This document shows, in pieces, positions 24,515 through 35,953 of a stretch of 64,000 nt of DNA. Source of the stretch: Lingula anatina (Eukaryota; Animalia; Brachiopoda). Location: contig CM120649.1 in NCBI GenBank assembly GCA_051362555.1, forward strand, positions 17,994,567 to 18,058,566, read 5' to 3'. Positions within the stretch are counted from its first letter, which is position 1, and every line of letters begins with the position of its first letter. The position numbers and the translations under genes were made by a program. Under the pieces are notes generated by a model. The model saw nothing but the letters and a program-made list of their open reading frames with translations. It had not been told where the DNA came from and made no database searches.

Positions 24515-26290
24515 ATGTCTGGCACTAGGGAAAAAACATTCAAATGCCAGTATTGTGTGAAGAGTTTTTATTTCAAAAGTAAATATAAGCAACATGAAAA
24601 GACTCACACTGGGGAAAAACCGTTCAAATATCAGTATTGTGAAAAAAGTTGTACTTCTAAACAAAACTGTAAACAACACGAAAAGACTCACACTGGAGAA
24701 AAACCATTCAAATGCCAGTATTGTGAAAAGAGCTTTAGTGTCAAAAATCTATGTAAACAGCATGAAATGATTCACACTGGAGAAAAACCATTCAAATGCC
24801 AGTATTGTGAAAAAAGTTTTCGTGTTCAAAGTTGTCGTAAAAAGCATGAAAGGATCCACACTGGAGAAAAACCATTCAAATGCCAGTATTGTGAAAAGAG
24901 TTTTAGTGTTCAAATTAGTCATAAAAAGCATGAAAGGACCCACACTGGAGAAAAACCATTCAAATGCCAGTATTGTGAAAAGAGTTTTATTACTAAACAG
25001 AATTATTTACAGCATGAAATGATTCACACTGGAGAAAAACCATTCAAATGCCAGTATTGCGAAAAGAGATTTCGAACTCAAAGTAATCGTAAACAACATG
25101 AAAGGACCCACACTGGAGAAAAACCATTCAAATGCCAGTATTGTGAAAAGAGTTTTATTTCTAAACAGTATTATTTACGGCATGAAAAGATTCACACTGG
25201 AGAAAAACTATACAAATGTCAGTTTTGTGAGAAGAGTTTTGGCAGCAGAAGTAAATGTAGGGTACACGAAATGACCCACACTGGAGAAAAACCATTCAAA
25301 TGCCATTATTGTGAGAAGGCTTTTTGCATCAAAAAGGATTGTATACGACATGAAAGGACCCACACTGGAGAAAAACCATTCAAATGCCAGTATTGTGAAA
25401 AGAGTTTTAGTGTTCTAAATAGCTGTAAAAAGCATGAAATGATTCACACTGGAGAAAAACCATTCAAATGTCAGTTTTGTGAGAAGAGTTTTAGCAGCAG
25501 AAGTAAATGTAGGGTACACGAAATGACCCACACTGGAGAAAAACCATTCAAGTGCCAGTATTGTGAAAAGAGTTTTACTACTAAACAGAATTATTTACAG
25601 CATGAAATGATTCACACTGGAGAAAGACCATTCAAATGTCAGTATTGTGAAAAGGGATTTATTGTTAAACAGTATTATTTACAGCATAAAAGGATTCACA
25701 CTGGAGAAAAACCATTCAAATGTCAGTTTTGTGAGAAGCGTTTTATTTTTAAACAGAATTATTTACAGCATGAAAGGATTCACACTGGAGAAAAACCATT
25801 CAAATGTCAGTTTTGTGAGACAAGTTTTAGCAGCAGAAGTAAATGTAGGGTACATGAAATGATCCACACTGGAGAAAAACCATTCAAATGCCAGCATTGT
25901 GATAGGGGTTTTCGTCACAAAAAGAATTGCATACGACATGAAAGGCACCACACTGAAGAAAACCCATTTAAATGTGAAAAGAGTGAAAAGAGTGTTATGG
26001 ACAAATGTGAACATGAGCAGCATGAAGAGATGCGCATTAGAGTCCCACTTCAGCCTTCAAAAAAGGATTGTCAAAAAGAGGATGTACCACAGAGCTCAGT
26101 GGTTTCGCTGCAGTATATAAAAGGGGAATTAGAAGACAAGGACATGTGCAACGAGACAAAGGAACTGAGGGAATCTGATATAGAAGCTGTAGTGAAGAAG
26201 GAATTGAATGAAAAAATTGCTCCAGAAGTGAGACCTGAGATCTATCCTGTCGCCATGTTTAAAAATATTTTTGCAGATACAGATACATAA
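24515..26290 (+). CDS. Tandem C2H2 zinc-finger protein (17 fingers of 28 aa, one with C->Y, plus one degenerate finger and an acidic tail); first ATG 24515, frame open from 24461
   Basis: Repeated HTGEKPFKCxxCEKxF...HxxxH units in an uninterrupted 609-codon ORF. A possible upstream exon was not identified. Confidence 0.93.
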   Translation: MSGTREKTFKCQYCVKSFYFKSKYKQHEKTHTGEKPFKYQYCEKSCTSKQNCKQHEKTHTGEKPFKCQYCEKSFSVKNLCKQHEMIHTGEKPFKCQYCEKSFRVQSCRKKHERIHTGEKPFKCQYCEKSFSVQISHKKHERTHTGEKPFKCQYCEKSFITKQNYLQHEMIHTGEKPFKCQYCEKRFRTQSNRKQHERTHTGEKPFKCQYCEKSFISKQYYLRHEKIHTGEKLYKCQFCEKSFGSRSKCRVHEMTHTGEKPFKCHYCEKAFCIKKDCIRHERTHTGEKPFKCQYCEKSFSVLNSCKKHEMIHTGEKPFKCQFCEKSFSSRSKCRVHEMTHTGEKPFKCQYCEKSFTTKQNYLQHEMIHTGERPFKCQYCEKGFIVKQYYLQHKRIHTGEKPFKCQFCEKRFIFKQNYLQHERIHTGEKPFKCQFCETSFSSRSKCRVHEMIHTGEKPFKCQHCDRGFRHKKNCIRHERHHTEENPFKCEKSEKSVMDKCEHEQHEEMRIRVPLQPSKKDCQKEDVPQSSVVSLQYIKGELEDKDMCNETKELRESDIEAVVKKELNEKIAPEVRPEIYPVAMFKNIFADTDT

Positions 26291-26351
26291 TATCTGATAA
26301 TACATAACACAACGCAGGCTAAGATGGTAAAAAGCTATCATTACGAGACCA

Positions 26352-26652
26352 AGGCCCTGGAACTCAAAAGCATCGCGCGTTGCGAATAGCGATTTCACTT
26401 ACAGGCTACAGTGTATAATATGGGGCGAGTATGGGCGAGTTATGGAATCGCGACGTTTGCGCTTGGTCGCAATGTGCGATGCTTTCGAGTTATGAGGCCC
26501 TGGGCTCAGTAACGCGAAAGCATCACGAACTGCGAATAGCGATATCACCATGTATTTCGAGGTTATTGTATGGGGCGAGTAAATCCCGAGTTATGGAATA
26601 AAGACCCTTGCGCTCGGTTGCAATTCGCGATGCTTTCGGGTTACGGAGCCCC
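26352..26652. mobile_element. Two head-to-tail palindromic MITEs (Harbinger/Tourist-like)
   Basis: Each ~150-bp unit begins GGC(C/T)C..AAC.C.AAAGCATC.CG..(T/C)TGCGAATAGCG and ends CGCAAT.(T/C)GCGATGCTTTCG.GTTA.G.GCCC. Related sequence occurs at ~56080-56196. Confidence 0.7.
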
Positions 26653-26979
26653 GTTCTAACAGTGAAATACGCAGAGTTACGATGTCTATTCAAAGATTCA
26701 AAGTGTCTAGAAGCAAATGTGCTTTGGCACAGTGTCAGTTATATGCAAGTACGCATCAGAGATTTACATTTAAAAAAGTACAAGTTTACATTTATGTCCG
26801 TCTCGGGGAAATGGAATGTATAGTACTACCTGTAGGTGTTGTGCACTAGGGTAAAGTATAATAAATATTTTAATATTAAATTTAAATTCTTAAAAGAACT
26901 TGGTTTAAAAAGCTGTAAATGTTATCGTGTGTTTTGTAGATTAGTTCCTGTGTAGTTCTCGTCCTTTTTGGACAGCCGA

Positions 26980-27123
26980 CTAACATATCCCCGGCTCAAA
27001 TATGGCGACCCTCTAAAAAGCCCGCCGCTAAATTTCCGATTGGACATTGAATAGATTTTTCGCGGGGTTTACGCATTAAGTATTCAAGTAAGTCGGCCAT
27101 ATTTGATCCGCGGATCTGTTAGT
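26980..27123. mobile_element. Palindromic MITE, 'ATATGGCCGACCCACTTGAAAGC' family
   Basis: ACTAACA.ATCC.CGG.TCAAATATGGC... and ...GCCATATTTGATCCGCGGATCTGTTAGT are inverted. Same family as the copies at 34229-34682 and 44197-44330. Confidence 0.7.
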
Positions 27124-30100
27124 TTGGTCAAGGAGTTATAACAGAAGGAGATTACACGCAAGCCTTTCTATTGTCCGATGTCTGTTACGGTGGGCGGAGC
27201 TAGCTACGGGGGGCCTCCTGTCTCAAGGTTTCGTCTGGGTCGCTCTCCTCCGCTTGGAGATTGATTTTATATGCGTTATTTCGCGTTAGAATTCGAGATC
27301 AGTAGTGTCAAAGCGGCGCTGTATGCTGACGATTTTTTTCACAGGTAGTTATTTGGACGAGGTGCTGGGAGGGAACGATATCGTAGAAAGCGATTATAAG
27401 GTGGTGACTGAGGATGGTCGCCATGAGTTTTTTTGAGTCGGTGATAGATGGCTTTTCTTTTGCACAACACAGTGAAAAATCACCAAGGATAAGTCAAAAG
27501 AAAACGTCCCAACTGTGGTTTGTGAAAATGACATTCAAGTGAACGTCTGTCCTCACTGCCAAAGGGCATAATATTAATACATAAACGTTTGGACCCCCCT
27601 GCCCTTTGGTCCCATAAACATATACATTGAGACAGTGCCTAAGCTTTGTGACTGGTTTTTAATTTCTTTAAGTATTTTTTTCTCTCACTCGGTATAATTT
27701 TAATATCATAATGCATTAAAGTGAAATTTTAATCAAAGGTTGAGGCAATTCCACGACATGTCAGTTTACTAAATACTCGTTATAAATTTCTTTATCTTGG
27801 AAATCTCCCTTTTTATTTTCAGGATTATTTTGACACATACTAACCCTTCTTATTTGTCGGTAAACAAGTGCACAGTGCTAAACATTAAGTATAATTTTTA
27901 TTCATTCATAAATATATTTATATTCAAAATATATCAGAAATTTTAGTATTAACAGCTCTTTAAAGTGAAACAAATAAAGATGAGAATTTTGAATTTCAAC
28001 TATTATTTACTATATTAACTTAAAATATCTTTTAAGTCAACTCTATACTCAAGCATCATGATAGTAGCATCTGTGAGTAAAACCATTTTATTATATCAAT
28101 AGAAGAACAAAAACAAAATTTTACACATAAGCAGTAATTAATGAAGTCATAAGAATGATTAAGTTGCTATAGTTTTCCACTTTTATTCAGTCTGTGTTGG
28201 AATTTTTTTCAACTGTGCAAATAGAAATAATTATATTCTTTTTTATCTGACTTGCTGATACCAGTCTGTGCCAGATACTATTCCACTCACAGGCCAGCAA
28301 GGTCTGAGAATGTAATGGGCTGAATGAAAAAAAACCTAGAAGATAAAGTGGCTAATTCTTACAAATAGGATAAAAAACATGGGATTTTCAAAAGGTTATT
28401 ATAAATCAAGAGAACACTTAGTAATTACATTTATAAAATGAACTGGAGTACATGTTACAGCTGAAAAAATTAACTGGGCCAGTAAGTGACTGCTTTAAAG
28501 AAATTTCACTGAAACAGTCCAAATTTTACTGGCAATCAAGTAGACTGTTATACCATGGCACTCAACAATTTATATATAGGTTTTGAATTTTTTTCCACGT
28601 AACAGTAACATAAAATTTATGTCCACTTTTGCAATGTATAGAGTCAGTTAGGTGACTGAAAATATTTTAAAATGTCATGAAGGAGCACTATTAATTTAAT
28701 GCAATCTCTGTTGGCCAGTCTTATCCAGTTTCTTCTCCAAAAAGGACAACTCAAGTGAGAATTTCTTCAGGGCCTTTTCTTCTGCCTTGCTAATGCCATG
28801 CCACTCAGAAAAAAGAGAAACCTGTAGGTTAGAAAAAAAACATAATAATAGCAGTATGAACTACTAGTATCCATGTAGACATTATAGAATTACGCAGTGA
28901 AGTTTAATGTGTCTTGTTATGACTTGACTGAAATAATGTTCACCACATAAATGAACAATTTACAACTAAATTTATATAGAACATCAAGATTCATGATCAC
29001 AAGCTAATAACCCCAAGAAATTGAAAGAAATTGTACTTATTACAAGAAATTATTTAAATCCGCCCTGGTTCCTACTCTTCTGACAGGACAAAAAGGGGAT
29101 TTCAGAGAGGCTGGTTGCTAAAAGGAAAATGCCCAAGGTTGTTGTATTTTGAAAAAAAAATTAAAAAGGGTACTGTTGTTAGTGAATGTTTAATGCATCT
29201 TAGGCATTATGACAAAAGTAACTTACCCCAGACACGCTGACCTCCTTTTTTCATTGACATATTTTAATTTTTTCCAGCCTGACCATAATTCATATATTCA
29301 ATGCAGCCTTCTCCCACATCTATAATAGAAAAAAAAACTTGAGTAGTGTTAAGATATGCATGTCAAATTCATTATCAATTTTGAGAGAATTTCTGTTTCA
29401 ACACTACAAGATGAAATATTTAATTTCAAGTAATGAATAAACCTTAATAGAGTTCTATTCTTTTGTAACCACCAAGGCAAAGCTTCTTTCTTAAAATGAA
29501 CTGAAACATCCAAGCTTGCCACCTAACATGCCAAAGTAGTGAAGTATAATTTAAGTAGAGAAGCAAGTACCCCTTAATTATAGAGGTGTCTTACACAATA
29601 AGGTGTGTCTTACACACCTTGACTCAAAGAGAGATGTGTAGTGAGATAACAGGTTAAGTAATTGGTGGAGCCTAGGTGAACTTAAAACCTTAAGACTTTA
29701 AATTAAGAAGCACCAGGATTCATGTGTGTTCTTTTTTCAAAGGTTTAATATGAATTAAAACATATATATGTAAAAAGAAGACTAAATAAGTTAAAAATAA
29801 CTATACCAAAGACACTGTGAAGTCAAACTTCCTGTTAGACCGCCATGATGGAAAATGCTGGGTGGAGGCAAAATTTTCCAGTCAAAAAAAAACTGAGCAC
29901 TTCACTTTAACAACAAAGTTACCACTCCAAAGCCACCCACCATGGTGAGAAGAAAAATGATGACCAACTGTCATGATAAGTCTTTTTAGATTTAAACATG
30001 AAAAAGGTAAAGGCCAAAATGGTACATTTACCCATAACACTAGAGTAAAAAATTGGTATTCTGAACAAATCAGGTTATTTTTTTCAAGAAATATTGGAGC

Positions 30101-32200
30101 AGTATCCATGCAATATATACCACGCCACGACCAAGATGTTCAAGAATCTAAACACACCAAATTTTTTTATAATCTTGCATTTGAAAAGTACAAAAAGCGG
30201 TAAGGCTTTTGGCCGTAACAAGCGTAACACTTTTTGATTGGAACTCATGAAAATTGTCAATTGTCGTATCCAAGCTAGACCACATGTAAAATCGCAAAAA
30301 AAAAAAAAACAATACTGCTCAAGCAAGTGTGTTGCACACATAACAATTAGTTAAATTTTATGACTGTCATGTGACACAAGTTTCAAAAAGTAGGAGGAAA
30401 ATGTCTTTTGGAGTAATTTTTTTTTCGAAATATTAACAAGATGGCGGCTTAAGCATCTGCTTGTTATTCGGCTACTGAAAGTGCACCTAAGTTTTATTCT
30501 TTGCTATTGCCACAAATTACTTAACAATTGCAACTGTATAAAGACCAAACTTTTTTCATCTGATACTATATTTATAAGCACTTGTTATGAGTGGGAAATA
30601 TTTTTCGTGCAATATTTATGCTCCACACACCACCTCGCGAGATCGACGTGGAGCTGGACACTTACACAGTGAGACCCCACGGCATAAAAGTTGCAATTTA
30701 TCTTCATATTTCGAGTAGTTATGCATTTAAAAGCACTTACCTGTTTTTTGAAAACCTTGTCCAACGTAATATCATATAAATTCTGTATTTCTCTCATTTT
30801 TTAGAAACTTGGGACTCCGTTTCTGTTTCTGTCCTCAAAAATCAACAGACGAAGGCACAGATACTAACAAACGAGATTTAAACGAGAGTAGCAATTAAGC
30901 GTAACAGAGATAGGCATCCATTGTTCTCTGGGTTCTATTCATTCCGACCAATGAGAGACCGTAATACGGGCTCCGCCCCCACGCGTGTAATCTCCTTCTG
31001 TTATAACTCCTTGGTTTGGTGTTCTGAATGCTCTCTTGGAGATCGAGAAAGGAAGTTAGAGTCCATGTTTCCAGGGAATGCATTCTTGTATATAATAATT
31101 GTAAAGGGACAACCACTGTTCGTATGAGATCCATATTCATAGAAATGTGGTATATTCTACTGTGGCTTATTTAAAATACGATGGTTTTCGTTTTATATCC
31201 CACTACTCGTTACTTACGTTTGTGATTTATTTTGGGTGATTACGTTGCTTTAGAGAGTGTTTCTTTTGACCGTTTCACAATTCATTTGGCTATTATTATC
31301 AAGAATTTTGGCTTCTTTGCGTTTCTTTTAAGCGATCTGTGCTTATTTTAAGTGGTTCGCAATTTACGCTGCCTATAGGTAACTCTTTCCGTTCAAAAGC
31401 CACATCATCCGCATTACGCTCTGCTGTCTAGAGTTTCTTTCGGCACGTTATTCTGGAGTCAATTTATATAATCCTTTGATAATAAAAGTGTTGAATTATC
31501 GATAATCAGAGCGTAATTTTGTCATTCTGAAAATAGTCTGGAGCCGACAAAAAGAAAATTATAGAAATAGTAAAATCTGGCTAAACCGTTCGCATTTTGC
31601 ATTACAGTGCTCGCTACAAGTATGTTATCGTTAGCACCTATGTACTCGTATACTCACCAGTTTTTCTAACGATAGTTTTTTTTTTTGTTTTAAACTTATA
31701 AAATGAGCCTTTAAATGTTTTTTTTTCATTCATCCTATGCTAACCCATCTCAGCATGTGCTTTATAATGACCCAGTCGTGCTAGGGTTTTGTAGCAATGT
31801 AAATAGCTGGCTTGGCCAACCGCAACTTTGATGCAAGGGAACATCAAGACAGAAGACAAATGTAGCGAGTCTAATAATTCGTTATGCATGGCATGGAAAA
31901 GAAAAAAAATCCACGTCAAGAATATTTACAATATTCTGTATAAAAAATCACTTAGATATTTGAACTTGCGTGACACCATTAATTTTTGTACCCGCTAGTC
32001 GTCAATAGCATAAGTCCAATTGCATTGAAAAGTAATTTTTTGAAAAAAAAATTATAACATATTTTGAATGGAACCACAAAGTGTTGCATGCCAGTGTGTC
32101 TAATCCCATTAATTTTTGTACACCTGGCGGACTTGAACGAGGTTGTACCCAAATGTACATTACCACACCTTTTGACCTAGTAAAGACCTTAAGTAGCGCC

Positions 32201-35200
32201 ATGCCGCTCCGCAAACCAGGCGATATCGAACAATTCGAACTAAAACCGATGCCTTCTGAGAATACGGCAGAAAAGGATTCCAAGCAAACGGGTCTTTGGC
32301 ATCGGTTCCGCCGTTCCAGTGCCCTTATTATCGGCGTGGTTTTTGTGGCTCTTGGACTTGAAGTGTCCCTTTCAACAGCCCTAGGTAGGTCGAAAGTACA
32401 CGAAGGGAACTCCAACTGCCCATAGAACTGTTTTTAAGATTAAAAAATACATAAATGTGTACGATTTAATGTTTAGAATTTGTAATATAAAAAAGCACGT
32501 AGTTAAAGGGATAATAACTCTTCGTATGAGATCTATATTTCACAATAAAAACATTGTGAATAACTCATAGAAATATAATATATTCTGTTTTACCACAAAA
32601 ACGGCAGTTATAGCTATTATTCTTATATCTTAGTTTGTCTTTAGACCACGTGACCTCCATTGATGGCTATACTCTGTTAAAATCTCTTACTCCAGGAAAA
32701 TTAATTTTTTGGCCGAAACGAAGAGTTATTATCACTTTAAGGATAAATGGATAAAAGTGTTTTGATTTTGGCACATTGAGGCTAAAATGAGTGCCTCCTT
32801 ACAATTTTGTGGGAGTTGGAGATTAATGATAATTCAGTTTATCATTGTCACTCTGAATTTTCATATGTGACGGTTTATAAAGGTTTACTTTTTTTAGGCA
32901 TTAAAGTCCAGAAATATAATTCTCACTGCTCTGAATACTTGCCCGTAGTCGGGAGGGGGGGGGTCGAAAGAACTGCCCTTTTTACTGGGAAAAGGTCCAC
33001 TTTGGATAAATTTGATCTAGGTAAACTAAGGTTCCATGAAAAAAGTCCACATTTTCAGAAAAAGACCCCCATTTTGCAATTGCTGGCTACGGGCCTGAAT
33101 TAGATAGGCCTACATGTATTTCACTGATCACTGGTTAACTCGGGGAACCCACGCAAGGCAAGCATATTCAACAAGAGAAGAAATAAGCTTTGATATACCT
33201 GTACTTGGTGTGAAGAGGACACGTTCAACTTGGCGTAGTTAATACAACCGTGAGCATGTTTTTTTTTTCGTATAGATGTATTCAACATGCAGTATTTAGG
33301 CCAAGATTTTTTTGTTATATAAAAAAAAATGTTTGAATCTCCACTGCCACAATTAACTCAAATATCAACTGATTAAACTTTTTCTTTTTGGCTCAGATTG
33401 GATAAATTGCCTGTCATTGTTTTTGTTTTGTGACATTGAGTCTCATGCTTGGGGCAATCTCCCCTTTGCTCTTACCAAGGTGAGCCAGTGCCAACCCCAT
33501 ATCAGGTCAGGCATTTCATTACCTCTCGTCACGCCAGTTTTTGGGTAGGAGACACAATTTACTACTGCAATAATGCCTTTGGGATCTACTTACCGTTTAA
33601 CGGGGTCACATGGATTTTTTCTAGTTATTCAAATTTCAATTACTTCGACTATTTTAAGAACATTCATGTACTGCGAGAGCATGGACTTGTTGGGGGGGGG
33701 GGGGGCGCTGCAGGAACTCTGTACTCGCAGTTGCACTACATGTCATTTAACCGTCCTATTAGCAATAAAAGTTGATTTTCTCTCATTCTAAAAAACGATT
33801 GCGAATGTAGAGATTGATTTAAACCATTTGATTGTCGGTGCGAATTTCTTTTCCTGTTCAATTATGTGGTATAAAATTGTAGCAAGTATATCCTCGTTCT
33901 GAAATAGCCCTTGGGCAGCTTTCACAAAAGAGGCCATTACTCAGGCTAAAATCCTTGTACATGTAGAACTAAGTGTCACTACTCAGGATAAAAACCTTTG
34001 TAGTACCGGTAGCTAGGTTAGTGCAGGGTCACCACTTAAGAAAAAAAAAACCTGGGCACTAGGTTAACAGTCAGTTATTGCTTTGGGTATACAACTAGCA
34101 CAACTGTATTCTTTTCAAAGCCCAAGTCCATATCAGTTTTGGGCACAACTGCCACATTTGAACAATTTTCACCCAACACTTCCACATATATATTCCCAAT
34201 ATTAAGTACTCCCCATTATTGAAATAAGGGCCCATTCAGAACAAATTGATCCACGTACCTAAAGATCCACGGATCAAATATGGCCGACCCACTTGAAAGC
34301 TTACCGTATAAAAATCCCTAATAAACACTGAAAAGATTCCCTGCGCGGATTACGCGGTAGGCTTTCAAGTGGGTCGGCCATATTTGATCTGCAGATCTGT
34401 TATTCAGAGCGCATTCAGAGCAGCTAACCTGCGGCTTAACTGGTCCTCCGACTATATATGGCCGACCCCACAAAAAGGCAAGTCGCTTACTCCCCTGATG
34501 GTCTCCCCGTCTCCACACGCACTATTGAACGGATTAAATCACGGCTCCGAGGTTTAATTGCTCTTGGACCCTGCAGCGAAGGCTCCTGTGGAGGTGGGGA
34601 GACCTTCAGGATATTAGTCGGCGCTGCTTTTAAGTGGGTCGGCCATATTTAGTCCGCGGATCAACTTGTTCTGAATGCGCTGTAAGATAAACTCTGGTAG
34701 TTAATGCGGCCTAATTATCCCAACACCTCACATGTGCTTATTCGACCTCCTCTAGATGCCATTCTCCCTTGTATGTTACTGGAGAGCGACACAGGCGAGG
34801 ATTGCCGCACCATCCAAGCCGGGCAGACCAACTTCTCACTGCCTACCATAGATTATACTGGCGAGGGCGGCTTTGTGATCGGAACTAAGAGCATCGTGGA
34901 AGTGTTCGCCAAACCGCTGTTTGGTATTCTTATTGACAGGTAAGTTTTTGCTGCCAATTTTAGAAGTTCCAAGATATTTAGAGGACCGTTTGTAGATTTT
35001 TTATGCTTTTGTCCAGATTATTATTTCTTCTTTTTTATGTATATAGCCTTATTGATATGTTTATGAATCATCCTAGTATTTGTGAGAAATGAAATTACCA
35101 CTCATGCTCAAAGATTTATTTAAAACGTTAATTATTAGTAATTGTAAGCACTAGAGTAACTGTAGTTAGGAAACCTCTATTCTAGAGTTGGACACAGATG

Positions 35201-35912
35201 GCCGCTTCTTTTGGGATCAATTATAAATATAGCAGCGACATTGGGTATGTATGTTCTCTATTGTAAAACACATTTTTCTCTGACTGCTCTGACTATTTCA
35301 AATGGCTATATTTTTACCTTCTTATATTAACAGAAAGAAATGTGTTAAGAGAATGCGCAGAGGGTATTTATAAATAGTTATTCTAACTAACGACAGCTTC
35401 GTAACTAACGACAGCTTCGTGAAACGGGCCCCTGCTTTGTCATAGTCTGGTAATACGTGCGTGATTCTAAGTGTACAGTTCGTAGGAACATGGACAATAC
35501 TGAGTTTAAACCATTCATACACATGCCATTGGTTGCATTTTAGATTCATGTTTTCTTAGTCTAGCAATAACAAAAGTGCTAAATTAATTTACTCGTCACT
35601 TGTGATCGTATAAATCATATGCTCCATTTTTTATTTTCTTTCTTAAAAGCTTTTGCCTTCCTGAACGGCTTCCCTATGCTGATGTTGTCGCGAGCTATGC
35701 AGGGGGTGGGCTGCAGTCTGACCACAGTAGCAGGTAAGTTTTTGTCTTAAAGTTTTGTATCTGTCAAAGATTACTAGACTATATGTATTCATAGGTGGAG
35801 CACGCAGAGAGTGGAATTGAGGGAAAAGACGTGCCATCTACGTTTTCAACACTGGATTAATTATATTGATGGCACTTACTGCTGAATTGAACTTATGTAT
35901 ACAGGCCGCTGC

Positions 35913-35953
<41 letters not shown>

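Noticed and set aside
24530-25960. 84-bp periodic repeats with variable 'spacers' resembling a CRISPR array
   Set aside because: These are in-frame C2H2 zinc-finger units in a eukaryotic gene, and no cas genes are present.
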